Origin: Octopus bimaculoides
Lineage: Eukaryota
Assembly (NCBI RefSeq): GCF_001194135.2
Contig: NC_068985.1
Span: 45,272,285-45,315,487, forward strand
Reading direction: 5' to 3'
DNA: 43,203 bases
Made by a program: the position numbers and the translations under genes. Under the pieces are notes generated by a model. That model worked only from the letters and a program-made list of their open reading frames with translations, had not been told where the DNA came from and searched no databases. Shown piece by piece: positions 10,199 to 23,170 of the stretch (positions within the stretch are counted from its first letter, which is position 1; each line of letters begins with the position of its first letter).

Positions 10199-11486
10199 TC
10201 AGAGTAACAGACCCTATCAGGTGGTGCTATTAAGTTAGAAATGACCAGGGTCAATCTTTGGCCGAAACATATCTAAGTTTATTTAGTAATTTATTTAGAA
10301 GTACAGAGAGTTGAAAAGAATGGGAGAGATAACAAGGTGACAAAAAACGTACAGTAATGAAAAAGGAGGCACGAAAACGACTGTTTATATCTAATTGTTA
10401 TCAGTATGTTGTCTCCATAATCAGGATACTTAATTCTGATACACCTGACTTGTAAACGAATATCAAACAGCTGCCATTTCGTTGCAGTTGCTGCCATTTC
10501 GTTGCAGTTGCTGCCATTGTTGTTGTTGGTGGTTGTGTTGGTAGTGATGTTCTTGTTTTTTTTTGTTTTTTTTTTGTACAATTGTTTGCATTGCTTATAC
10601 ATTATTATTGGTGTTGTTGGCTTTTTTACTGTACAGGGTGTCCACAAAGTCTGGGCAAATGGGATTAACACATACTTTAAGAAATTATTATTTCTTATAT
10701 TCAATTGTTTATGTCATGATCTTATTTACTCCATGTACCCAGACTTTGTGGGAACAACCTGTAGTTAGTGGTAGAAGAGTTGGGGGTTGGTTTTCTTGTT
10801 GTTGCTGTAGGTGTTGGTGCTGTTGTTATTACTGTTGTTGATGCTGGTTTGGTGGTGCTACAAGAATTGTTGTTATTTTTAGTTTTATTGTTGATGTTGG
10901 GTGTTTTGCTGGTGGTTACTGCACTGGATGGGCTGTTGATCATAGTGGTCGGCGTAGCGTTGATAGTGATGTTACTACAGGTAATACTTGGTGTTAGTGG
11001 TGATAGCGATACTACAGCTAGTGATATTGTATACGCCCCTTCCTGATTAAACTGACCAATGATATATAATCAAAGGTAATTTCCGAGGCATTATCCATCT
11101 AATATTATATTATACAACGTGATGCTAACATCATTTTTATGACTCAATGGAAATTTGACTGTTATTTCTAGTAGATGAAACAACCGCGTATAGGTCGTCT
11201 GATGAAGGCAAAATTAAGAAACATTTCTTGTATTATTTATCAAATATTGATTTTATATTTTGGTAAGATAATGTCAAGAATTTGAAGATACGAGCTTGTG
11301 ATAAGGAATAGACTCAGGACATTGGTGTTATTTGCAATAGTAGTTCTAGAAAAATTGATGCCCATGTTGTTTGTCAGTAAGATTTGCACAAGGAACTTCG
11401 TAAATTACTGAACCCAACACCTGCAATGCGTATAAGTTTGAGGAATTATGTGATCCATCGAGTAGAATTATACATTATTTCTTTTT

Positions 11487-12300
11487 CTCTCTCGTCATGT
11501 GCCGTGCCTGTAGGCGTCGGTGATCAAGAATCTTCACGCTCGCCTATTCTTCCGAAAACTTAGCACATTATTGAATATATCTTTCCGTAACCAGCTGGTG
11601 ACGCCATCGGGTATCTTCTCTCTCACTATCTTCCCTAGCTATTCCGTTCAGTTCCCCAGTTGTAACTACTAAGTACTCAAGACTTATTTTTTCTCATTTG
11701 GTATCCAATGGACTAGGCTTATATTGTCGAGAAGTTTTCTGGTGGCCGTTACTTATTTGTGCCTGTCTGTGTAGAACACTTTTGGTTTTCTTCTCAGAAA
11801 CCACATATCTGAAGTATTGATAACCTTTTCTACTTGTTTGTTGATGTTCCATGTAATCCCAATCATATGTTAGGATGGGTTGTATGTATTCCCTAGGACT
11901 CTTTTTCGTTTATCGATTGCTGTATATTTGATATGCTTGATTTCACCACACGAATTTGAATTTTTTTAGTCAGTCACATTTGATACAAAATGTAATGGCT
12001 TTCAACACAAAATAATGCAGGCTACCTCAAATATGCCAGACTCATCACAAATAAGACATATCGAAAACACCAACATCAATTTACTCCAGTTTGAGACACT
12101 TTGGTCCAAATTAATGTCTCGCCAGATTGCCAGTCGTTCACACTTTCCATATTCTATATATTGGAAGTTCAGAGTTTGCTTCATCTTACGGCCGTCAGCG
12201 AAAGACTCATCTAATAATATTGGTAAATGCTGCTTTATTACGACCTGCTTTAGTTTTACAATGTTACATATGATACAGAATATGAATACAAAGGTGATGA
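11487..12300 (-). mobile_element. Decayed RTE-clade LINE 3' portion
   Basis: Minus translation AIWRDINL...LMLVFSICLICDES resembles RTE IW....I....K.RL...LVFSIFLYGCESW; lower part resembles the RTE C-terminus and ends in a (GA) tract. Confidence 0.55.
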
Positions 12301-13019
12301 AATATTAGAAAAGCAGACAAAATGGAGGGGTTCTACTTTCATTTCTGTATTCAGTTTGTGATTCATAAATCATTTACCTATCATATACAGGTGTCGGAAT
12401 TGGTTACACCGATTTACAAACGTGAGGCTTTGGTAAAAGTGGGTCAAATCAATATTTCAGTTAAGAATAGTTTCAAATTTTGGTACAAGGCCAGCAAACT
12501 CGGGTGAGAGAACAAGTCGATTATCTCGACCCCAGTACTCGATTGGTACTTATTTTGTAATGGGTATATCAAAATATATTGGAGCATAGGTGTAAGGTTT
12601 AGATATAGGTGCTGAAGGTTTTAGATTACAGTTTTAAAGAAATTTTAAAATATTGCGTGCTAGAACATATCAGTCTCGAAAGGGTAGGGATAATAAAGAG
12701 AAAGATTACCTCGGTGAGATTAGAACTTACAACGTAAAAGTCTGGTATTTAATTACCACAATGAATTTAGCATGTTGCTCTACCGATTCTACTACTCACT
12801 ATTGCTAAAGAAGGGAAGCTATTTAGTTTGACATGCATAGTTTTCTATACTCCATGAAATGTTTAGGCTAACCACAGTAACGAGACAGAAAACTGATAAT
12901 GAGCGAAGGTGGCGAGGGAGACGAAGTCAAGTGAAAAGAGTGGATGGATGAATGGATAGTTGAAGGAGTGGTTTAAATGTAGCTTCTCTCCTTGAAACTG
13001 GTTTTATTAATAACTCACT

Positions 13020-13400
13020 TCTAAGTTGTCTTTTGTGATATCTCTTGTATTCGCAAATATTGGGAAATATCAGGTAATTTCGAACGTATTCCTGTCTCTT
13101 CATTTGTCCACTCCGTCATGTAAATACTTGAGCAATTGAACCATAAGTATCTTCAAGTAGGTGCATCTCCTCGGCGATTTTCTAATATTTCAGACCCATA
13201 TTGTTGACATTCCACTCGAAATGTTAGTCCAAGCAACATTGTAAGTAACGTTTCGAAAAATCTCTTACCAGTGAATCTATTTCGAGCGAAGGGCAGAGCG
13301 TTAAAGTATAATGACGTTGATAATCTGTTTGAAGACGAACAGCAATTCGGGATTGAGATGACACTAGGTGTCTAAAAGCTTCGTTGTAGTTGACTGATTT
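13020..13400 (-). mobile_element. Highly decayed LINE (RTE-like) post-RT fragment
   Basis: SF*TPSVIS (cf. FKYLGSVIS), QQYGSEI (cf. LYGSETW), WTNEETGIRSKLPDI (cf. TNEEIR.R...DI), with stops. Confidence 0.4.
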
Positions 13401-14391
13401 CTGCAGTACTTTAGCTGCTTTCAGTACTTGAGAACTGAGTGACTGTCATAACATAGATCACATCACCTCGAAAAACAAGCGGAGAGTCATTGTAATGACA
13501 TCGTTATAAACTTCGCAATATTACTTTTTATATGGAGGTTGCTGGAGTTAATTAATCAATAATAGTGTATGTCAATGCATTAAAAGTATATAAGTTAGTT
13601 ACTGAATGTCCTGAGTTCAAATCATACCGAAGGTAGATTTTGGATTTACGTATCAGGTATTGATGTGATAGCAGTAATATACTATGTACAGGACCATACA
13701 TTATAGCTCCATACTATCTATCTATCTATCTATCTAGATAGATAGATAGATAGATAGGTAGGTAGATAGATTATTTTTGAAGGACAGAGGTAATTGTGAC
13801 TTTGAAGGTTCAGCTTATTTTCTTTTTCTCTGACAGTGTATCGAAGGTTGCTGAGCCGAAATTTTATCGACAGTGTTTATTTTATTATTTTATTTATTCC
13901 GAAAGGATAAAAAAACGTGGTGTGTCCAAAGCCGTTTTAGCGACATTGTAAGTACTCGGGAAAATAAATATACTCTGCCACATAGTATTTATTTATTGGC
14001 ACCAAGGTAAAGCATACACAGATCTGTATCGGTTATCAGGACCCATGACGACCCTGGGCAACTGCGCAGTGTGCCTCTACTTGAAGAAGGCATTAGGTAT
14101 ACCTAATTAAAATTTTGAACTCAGAGTAATGTGTGACGTAACGAAATGCAACAAGATATTTTCTCCTGTTTAGACACAAGTTGTTTTCTCTCCGCATATT
14201 TTACCGCTACAAAAAACGGCCTCTGCCTCCCTGAACTACCTAAGTGCATGCCAACTCCACAGTTTCCAACCCTGTTCCTGTATTTCCTGTTCTTTATTCG
14301 CAGTGAACATTAAGCCTTAACACAATTCCTCTATCGAAAAATAACACTCTGGAATTCTCTCAGAGTCATGCTTTTCCATGATTTTCTACTT

Positions 14392-14799
14392 CAGGAGTGG
14401 CTGTGTGGTAAGTAGCTTGCCTACCAGCCACATAGTTCCGGGTTCAGTCCCAATGCGTGGCACCTTGGGCAAGTATCTTCTACTATAGCCTCGGGCCGAC
14501 CAAAGCCTTGTGAGAGGATTTGGTAGACGGAAACTGAAAGAAGCCCGTCGTATATATGTATATGTATATATATGTGTGTGTGTGTGTGTTTGTGTGTTTG
14601 TGTTTGTCCCCCCAACATCGCTTGACAACCGATACTGGTGTGTTTGAGTCCCTGTAACTTAGCGGTTCGGCAAAATAGACCGATAGAATAAGTACTGGGC
14701 TTACAAAGAATAAGTACTGGGGTCGATTTGCTCGACTAAAGGCGATGCTCCAGCATGGCCGCAATCAAATGACTGAAACAAGTAAAAGAGTAAAAAGAA
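14392..14799 (+). mobile_element. SINE family B, near full length
   Basis: Near-identical to 9793-10198. Confidence 0.88.
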
Positions 14800-14939
14800 T
14801 AACATCCGTAAGAATCTCACAGCTGAAAGAATCTGTAAAGCGGATAAGTATTGCCCTTTTCTCAAACGTCAACCCGCTTTGAAATCACAACCCAGTTTGT
14901 TTTCATTAGTTACAAGCAAAAAGAATATGATGGACATCT

Positions 14940-15146
14940 TTTATGTTTTACTTGTTTCATTCGTTGGACTGTAGCCATGCTGGGGCTCCGACTTGGAGAA
15001 TTTTTTTTATCGAATATAATAACCTCCGTACTTATTTTTATATAGCCTGATACTTATTTATTCTATCAGGCTCTTTTGCTGTACCGCTAGGTCACAGGGG
15101 CGTACACCCACGCTTCAGTTCTCAAGTGGTGGTGAGCAACAATCAA

Positions 15147-15177
<31 letters not shown>

Positions 15178-15332
15178 CGACAGGCTTCTTTCAGTTACCG
15201 TCTACTAAATACACTGAAAACGTTTTGGTCGGCCCGAGGTCATAGTAGAAGACACTTACCCAAGGTGCCACACAATGGGGCTGAACCTGGAACCATGTGG
15301 TTAGGAAGCAAACTTCTTACCACACGGCCACA
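14940..15332 (-). mobile_element. SINE family B, older copy, inverted relative to 14392-14799
   Basis: Reverse complement gives tggccgtgtggtaagaag...ggttccaggttcagcccc...ccttgggtaagtgtcttctac... and ...gaaacaagtaaaa. Confidence 0.75.
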
Positions 15333-16809
15333 GCATATTCGATAATATATATTATATAAACCAATATACACTCTACTTGACGAAAAGCAGTTGTTCATGT
15401 AAAAAATGCCTCTCGTCACAAATCTGTTTGATTGGAGTTGACCTAGGGCTAAATAACAAGAATAACAAGAACATCAGAACTTCATGAAAAATTTTAATAT
15501 TCCTGTCTTTCCTAGTTACTTTTGCAATGTATTGAAATGCAACGGCTTCAACTAGAAATCGATACTGGCACAAGAACCTCATCTCGCTAGGCAGAAACTT
15601 CTTGTTTTAATATGTTTGCTATGCACTACTGGAAAAATATTGAAATTTTCATATTTTTTTCCTTTTTGATATTTAGCTATTTATTTAAGCAAATTGACAT
15701 CGACAGTGAGAGGAAATCACATGGTACAGGTCACATCTCTCGGCCAATCAACGTCACACTTATATAATTGTATAACTGCCTCTGGGTTTTGACAAGGGAG
15801 AAGATAACGCAATTGTGGCTTAATCGGTTCTAGTTCCTGCCGTGAAAACCAAGAAGGCAGACAAACAAAAACACGTATAAGGATATTTAAAGTGTGGGGT
15901 GGGGTGGGGAGTGGTGGGGTTGAACAGGCGTGGTGTGACATGGAATGAATAAAATGGGATGCGGTGGTGAGGGTTGCAACAACCACACAAACAACATTAG
16001 CAACGCAAATACATAAAACGAAAGAAAATTTATGATAGAAAATTACGGGAAAAATGGACGAAAAGCAATAAATGAGCTAATGAGTGAATGAAATAAGAAA
16101 ACATCAGATGAAGAATTTGAGTACAAATATATAAAATACTATAAAAAGGATAGAAAAAAATGAAGAGAAGAATGGAAGAATGAAAGTAAAAATAAAATAA
16201 AAGCTCATTTGACAGCAGAAGTTAGTGGAATGATATAAATATATGAAATACGTGAAGAATGAGAGATGGAATGAAAGGAACGACTAATATGTAAAAATAC
16301 GAAGGAATGATTAAAATAAATGTATGGTTAAACGGAAACGAAAAATTATAAGTAAATAATTAATTAGTTAATTGAAAATTAATGAACGAATGATTTATAA
16401 AGAAAAGAATGTAAATAAAGGAGGTTATAAGGAAACAATAGAAAATGTTATTAATGAATGACGAAAAGTAAAGAATGAGTAAAGAATAAGAAATAAAGAA
16501 TAACTAAGCAAAGAGTAAGAGATAACAGAAATTAATAAATGATTTGAATGAAATTAAAAGTAATTAAAATGTTAAAGAAACAAATGATAATATGGACAGA
16601 TGTGAAGGAAAGGTCGAAGTAATGGCGGAAATAATTTATAAAGAATGAAAAGATTCATTTATTACCAGCAGAGTAATGCCAGTTAATGAAAGAAAAGTCT
16701 GGAGTCATAAAGGAATAAACGAATGAAATAATCAAGAAGGATATTATCAAAGGAATGAAAGAAAGAATGAGAAATAACAAAAGCATATGTCTTCTTCTAT
16801 AGCACTGAC

Positions 16810-17105
16810 CCGACCAAAGACTTACGAAGGAATTTAGTTGATGGGAACTGTGTGGAAGCCCGTCGTATATGTTTGTGTGTGTGTGTTTCTGTGTAGCATG
16901 CATGTCATCGTCTTTGTTTCTGCACCATTGCTTGACAATCTGTGCAGGTTTGTATGCATCCTCGTATTCTAGTGGTTCGGCAATAGGGACCGATAGAATA
17001 AGTGCCTAGCTTTAAAATATAAGTACATGGGTCAATTTGTTTGACTAAGCCCTTCAAAATGGTGCCCCAGCATGGCAGTTGTCCAATGATTGAAACAATA
17101 AAAGA
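16810..17105 (+). mobile_element. SINE family B, degraded 3' two-thirds
   Basis: gaagcccgtcgtatatg...cttgacaa...gcggttcggcaa..gaccgatagaataagt...ccccagcatggc...tgaaacaataaaag. Confidence 0.65.
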
Positions 17106-17633
17106 ATAAATTAAAGAAATTAAAATAAGAAGCTGGAAGAAAACACCAGAAGTAGGGGAAGGGATGAAAATAGCAAAGGTGTCAGTAATGGTACCCCGGT
17201 ATGGGGTACCATCTCGGAAGGTTTAGCCGAACAAATCGACCCCAGGATTTATATTCTAAGGTTAGGTACTTACCATTTACCCTAGCAGCATTATATTTTG
17301 AAATGAACGGCAGCCTTCAAAGTCGTAAATATAATATAAAAGATAAGGGATTTGAAAGATGAAACTAAGGGTCGAGTAAATATTTAAAAGGGAGCAAGTG
17401 ACGTAAAGAATGCTATGCAGATAAAATTAGAAAAAAAAAGTAGTAGAATACAAATACAGAAAAATCAAGGGATGATAGGTTAAAAGAAAGAAATGCGAGT
17501 GAATGTGATAGAACGAATGAAAAACAAAAAGAAAAAAACAGATCAAAGGAAATATTTAAATGGTGGAGGGACAGAAGGAGTTATGAAGAATTAAATTCAA
17601 GCATACTTAGATACACACATACACACACGAACG

Positions 17634-17697
<64 letters not shown>

Positions 17698-17810
17698 TAG
17701 TAAGGAAGTACAAATACAAAATTTGTTTGAATACAAGCAAAATGTAATGTTGTTTCTCCCTTTTGATATTATTCCAAGTGTCTTAATAGCAATAAGTTCC
17801 ACATTATTCT

Positions 17811-18200
17811 GATGTCAACTCTTTTGGTACCAGGACGCTTCGCTGGATTATTCGTTACCAATGGTCAGATTCCGTATCTAACCAACGATTCAACTCAGAA
17901 ACTGGGATGCGTCCTGTTTGTGATATGATTCGGGAGCGCCAGCTCACACTGTTTGGCCACGTTGCTCGATTTTTGAAGTAGACCCTGCTTCCCGTTCTTT
18001 TCACAGATAGTCTGGCTGGGTTGGCGGCTTGTGTTGGTCAACCACATGCCACAGGGTCACTGTAGATGAGAAGGCATCTCGCGATGATGGTGACTGACTG
18101 GGACCTTGCTCGACTGATCGCCTGAGAGAACCTGAGATTATACCGACAAATACCAACGCGCTGCCACTTCGCATACCCCTACATATAATTCTTACCTGAG
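17811..18200 (+). mobile_element. RTE-clade (Expander/Rex3-like) LINE 3' fragment
   Basis: SFGTRTLRWIIRYQWSDSVSNQRFNSETGMRPVCDMIRERQLTLFGHVARF matches the RTE C-terminal pattern (W...VSN..L...T.......I..R.L..FGHV.R). Confidence 0.7.
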
Positions 18201-18219
18201 CTAGCTCCAAGTCCTTATA

Positions 18220-19036
18220 TATTGGGTTGAGGAATAATTCATGAGCGTTTATTTTTTAAAATTTATTTTAAAAAAAAAAGCTACAACAAATTAATCAATA
18301 ATATATTCTTCGTTGATGTTTACGACTTCCTCCTATCGTTCAATAAGATTTTCGATGACTCCGCGTTAGAAATTTACCGTCTTGACTCAAAGGATTCGTC
18401 CAACCAAGCCCTCAACACCACATCATTATTGAATGATTCGAAAGAGGTCGAAAGAGATGAAAATCTGAACGCGCCAAATCCGGAGAGTATGGAGGATGAG
18501 GCAGCACTTCCTATTCGAGCTCTTGAATCGCTGCTTTGGTCATATTGCCGACTTGAACCTTGCCCATTGAGTGAAGGCGGTTCACTAGAGTATTTTGTCT
18601 TTTTGTCACAATCCATCTGTTCCGCCAATTCTCTGGTCATTTGACATGCATTTTCATGATGGAGTTTATTCAAAATCTCTTCATCGAACTCAATTGGTCG
18701 ACCGGTGTGTGATCCGTTCTTGAATTCAAAATTCCCATTTTTGAAGCACGAAAGCCAAGGTCCGTTGTACTTTGAGGCATTGTTCCTTCTCCATACACAG
18801 CACAAATCTCACGAGCAGCTTCGGCAGCCTTAACATCTCAATTAAATGCAAAAAACAAATGGTGTCGAAAATTCCCAGTTTTGTCCACTTGATATTCCAT
18901 TTTAATGATCTGAAAATACGCGAAAATCAATAAAACAGATGTTCTTTTAAAGCATTTTGCCAATGCGTTTTATTTCTGCATGCATTTATAAAATTTGAAA
19001 ACAAACGCACATTGAATTATTCTTCAGCCCAATTTA
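18220..19036 (-). mobile_element. Internally deleted mariner DNA transposon with both TIRs
   Basis: Left tattgggttgaggaataattcatgagcg and right (reverse complement) taaattgggctgaagaataattcaatgtgcg, TA-flanked; remnants W...FKNGNF.F.N....GRP.EFD...TRELA (HTH) and F..FNN...L..WLDE.F.S; catalytic DDD region absent. Confidence 0.85.
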
Positions 19037-19526
19037 TATTCCTTCTTCATCTCACAATGATACTACAAGATGGGATTAATAGTGATCGAAATATTTGCTA
19101 TGTGATACTGGGCCTAAAAATATTACCTTTACCTTTACTATGCTCAGAGTTTTGGTTGGAGGTACCTTGGAAACTGGGTTTTCTTGTTCCTTTTGCTGTT
19201 GAGCTTAATTATTTTCGTTTTACTTGTTAATCTTTCCTGTTTTCCGAGCATACATCCATAAAGTATGTCTTACTTTTATAACACTAATGACTAGGCTTTC
19301 CTTTATTATTAACATTATGCCCTTTGTCACATGTAGCTGCAGTTTCATAAGGGCTTTACAAATCTATTCTGATGTACTTGATGCATATCACCATTTGTTA
19401 AGCTTACTTTGACCATTCCCCAATACTGTGACACATACGTTACCCCTAGCCAAGTTGCTACAATATGTACAGTACCTGTTGTTGCGATTTTTGTGTTTCT
19501 TTGATTCATGTATTAGAGCACAAATA

Positions 19527-19741
19527 TTAGTCAGAAAAATTTCTAACAACTTCAGTCTGTATTTCAACTGCCTTTTCAGTTTTACCATAGTTTTTGCCTT
19601 CTTCATTTGAATTAAATTCTCTCGATATCTCCGGGAGCGTTTGTTGTATTACTTGTTGTGAAGCAAAACTAGTTCTGCTTCCGTCTCTCGTAAGTAGAGG
19701 CACGTGATTCTTTTCTTTACTCTCTCCCGGATTAGAGCCCA
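19527..19741 (-). CDS. Probable terminal coding exon of an unidentified minus-strand host gene
   Basis: Strong acceptor (long T-run)GCAG at 19742-43, phase 1; open frame (V)GSNPGESKEKNHVPLLTRDGSRTS...EIQTEVVRNFSD*; AATAAA about 220 nt downstream of the stop. Confidence 0.55.
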
Positions 19742-20046
19742 CTGCAAAAAAAAAAACAATGTAAGGTTTTGCAAAATTATCCCTCACCCGAATTCTTTTC
19801 TTGTAACTGGAATAAATGTAAAAAATCTGTTTGTTCCATTTACATTGAAAGAAAGATTTTTTTTCCATCTAGCTGCCATACGAACGGAATTATGTAAGAG
19901 CCGCTATTCATGTTGTTACCACCGTTATCTTAGAAATTATTTATTTGATTATTTGGGACAAAAGTTTTCTATTATTTATTCACTGCACTGTTAATTTTCT
20001 TCTTTTACTTGTACATTTAGTAGTGTCTGTGGCATAATCATATGCA

Positions 20047-20154
20047 ATAACCATGTTGGATATGGTAGCCATGTTAGATGCGGTAGCCATATTGAATGTG
20101 GTAGCCATGTTGGATGTGCTAGTCATTTTGTATGAGGTAGCTATTTTGGATGTG
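20047..20154 (+). repeat. 18-bp minisatellite, 6 degenerate copies (consensus gtagccatgttggatgtg)
   Basis: Direct inspection. Confidence 0.85.
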
Positions 20155-20365
20155 AAAATGTAACGTGTCGAAATAAAAGTTTAAAACTGCGTGAATCAAA
20201 CCGCTTTCTATTATTATGCCTATCCCCAGGTAACAATGGCAGACTTGCCTTAAGCATCTAGAGTTATTTTTACAAGGACTAAAAATGTTCATTTGTTAAT
20301 GCTTGAGTAAAGTGTGTCTTGAAAATAGAACCACCAAAGATGCCTTGAATGTACAAGAGTCAAAT

Positions 20366-20896
<531 letters not shown>

Positions 20897-21360
20897 TGGG
20901 CTACAGTAAATATTCTGCTCAATACCACAGGTCTGCTTGTCAGTTGCTTGACCTTAATCAGTTGAGCATGTCCCTTGGTAGCTGACGATATGTGCATCTC
21001 TGATCACGAGCAGAAGTAGTGGGGGAGCATCATAGCCATGTGTTGAGAGGAGTTCTTAGGGGTTTGAATAATTCACCTTTGGAAACATGGGCGTTTTGCT
21101 CAACATCCTTAAACAAACCTTAGTCAGGGACCTTTTGAGCGGGATGGGCTACTCGAGCTGAAAAAAATTCTAACTGGGCCCCACCTGCGAGGTCATGCGC
21201 TGTTTATCTTGATATGAGATCACCATGTCACGCACATATGGTTGTTATGCATGTTCCTGGTGTACCCTTATGAGACGGGTAGTCATGATGGGTATATTGG
21301 GCTTTGTATATTTTACCCCAGTGTCACTTTGATGGCATGCACTGCTCTCTCACTCAATAA
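20897..21360 (+). mobile_element. 3' UTR-only copy of an R4/Dong-type LINE ending ...gcactgctctctcactca(ATA)n
   Basis: Terminal 25 nt match the end of the R4 element at 1010-1045; (AAT)n on both sides. Confidence 0.65.
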
Positions 21361-21394
21361 TAATAATAACAACAACAACAACAACAAAAATAAT

Positions 21395-21815
21395 AATGAT
21401 AATTGTAATCGATTATAGATAAAGAAAAGCGAAGTTGCTTACTTATCGACTCATCATGCCAGTTTGATTCCAGGATCGTAAAGGAAGAGGAAGAAAAAGA
21501 AATTATAATCCTTAAATTTGAAATAGGAAGAATTTGGAGCTCAGGAACAGTAAAGATCAAGCCTATAATAATAGGTGCGTTGGGAACAGAAAGCAAAGGT
21601 ATAGACAAACGGCTGGAGGAGAGTAAAACAGAATGCCAGGGAGAGCTCTTACAGACAATTTGCCTCTTAGGGACATCAAGGATTATCAGGAAGGTTCTAA
21701 GCACTTAAAAGAGTGCAGAAAACTTGTGAATACCTTAAGTTACAGATAACCACATAGTTGCTACCAGGAATAAGACCGGACCTGAGCCAAAACAAAATAC
21801 TACTACTACTACTAC

Positions 21816-21866
<51 letters not shown>
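21395..21866 (+). mobile_element. R4/Dong-type LINE RLE-domain 3' fragment with (TAC)/(TAA)n tail
   Basis: IDKEKRSCLLID...FDSRI..EE...LKFEIGRIW..TVKIKPIIIGALG...LLQTICLLGTSRIIRKVLST* parallels 214-570. Confidence 0.75.
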
Positions 21867-21868
<2 letters not shown>

Positions 21869-21922
21869 TGAGGGAAACGGATATGAATAAACGAATGAAT
21901 GTATAAAACTGTTTAATGTTCT

Positions 21923-22748
21923 NNNNNNNNNNNNNNNNNNNNNNNNNNNNNNNNNNNNNNNNNNNNNNNNNNNNNNNNNNNNNNNNNNNNNNNNNNNNNN
22001 NNNNNNNNNNNNNNNNNNNNNNNNNNNNNNNNNNNNNNNNNNNNNNNNNNNNNNNNNNNNNNNNNNNNNNNNNNNNNNNNNNNNNNNNNNNNNNNNNNNN
22101 NNNNNNNNNNNNNNNNNNNNNNNNNNNNNNNNNNNNNNNNNNNNNNNNNNNNNNNNNNNNNNNNNNNNNNNNNNNNNNNNNNNNNNNNNNNNNNNNNNNN
22201 NNNNNNNNNNNNNNNNNNNNNNNNNNNNNNNNNNNNNNNNNNNNNNNNNNNNNNNNNNNNNNNNNNNNNNNNNNNNNNNNNNNNNNNNNNNNNNNNNNNN
22301 NNNNNNNNNNNNNNNNNNNNNNNNNNNNNNNNNNNNNNNNNNNNNNNNNNNNNNNNNNNNNNNNNNNNNNNNNNNNNNNNNNNNNNNNNNNNNNNNNNNN
22401 NNNNNNNNNNNNNNNNNNNNNNNNNNNNNNNNNNNNNNNNNNNNNNNNNNNNNNNNNNNNNNNNNNNNNNNNNNNNNNNNNNNNNNNNNNNNNNNNNNNN
22501 NNNNNNNNNNNNNNNNNNNNNNNNNNNNNNNNNNNNNNNNNNNNNNNNNNNNNNNNNNNNNNNNNNNNNNNNNNNNNNNNNNNNNNNNNNNNNNNNNNNN
22601 NNNNNNNNNNNNNNNNNNNNNNNNNNNNNNNNNNNNNNNNNNNNNNNNNNNNNNNNNNNNNNNNNNNNNNNNNNNNNNNNNNNNNNNNNNNNNNNNNNNN
22701 NNNNNNNNNNNNNNNNNNNNNNNNNNNNNNNNNNNNNNNNNNNNNNNN
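21923..22748. other. Assembly gap (others: 20505-20738, 26575-27313, 28135-28962, 34571-34673, 35338-35654, 36835-37348, 40525-40828)
   Basis: N-runs, mostly bordered by simple repeats. Confidence 0.99.
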
Positions 22749-22781
<33 letters not shown>

Positions 22782-22789
22782 CATATGTG

Positions 22790-22945
22790 CGACAGGCTTC
22801 TTTCAGTTTCCGTCAACCATATCCACTCACAAGGCTTTGGACGGCCCGAGGCTATAGTAGAAGCACTTGCACAAGGTGCCGCGTAGTGGGACTGAACCAG
22901 GAACCATGTGGTTGGTAAGCGAGCTACTTACCACACAGCCACTCC
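22790..22945 (-). mobile_element. SINE family B, 5' half
   Basis: Reverse complement ggagtggctgtgtggtaagtagc...ggttcagtccc...ccttgtgcaagtg. Confidence 0.8.
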
Positions 22946-22961
22946 TATATATATTATTTTC

Positions 22962-23170
22962 TACACTAAGCACAAGACCCTAAATTTTGTGGAAGGAGGC
23001 TAGTCGATTAGATCGACCCAGTATGCAACTGGTACTTAATTTATCGACCCCAAATGTATGAAAAGTAAATTAGACCTGAGTGGAATTTGAACTCAGAGTG
23101 TAAAGATAAACAAAATACCGCTAAGCATTTCGCCCGGCGTGCTAATGCATCTGCCAGCTGGCTGCCTTCA
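22962..23170 (-). mobile_element. SINE family A
   Basis: Reverse complement ggcagccagctggcagatgcattagcacgccgggcgaaatgcttagcgg...gagttcaaattcc. Confidence 0.8.

Noticed and set aside
12002-12244. Open minus frame with apparent splice sites (VVIKQHLP...SGIFE) as a host exon
   Set aside because: IWRDINL...LVFSICLICDES resembles the RTE post-RT motif and is collinear with the RTE remnant at 11487-11960
13268-13372. AG...GTAAGA-bounded minus segment open in two frames
   Set aside because: Falls inside a decayed LINE-like stretch (SF*TPSVIS, cf. FKYLGSVIS); exonisation not excluded but unsupported
16020-16800. Long strand-asymmetric A/G-rich tracts (also 23170-23540 and 33050-33700) giving F/L/S-rich antisense ORFs
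   Set aside because: Low-complexity decayed purine-rich repeats with no domain signal
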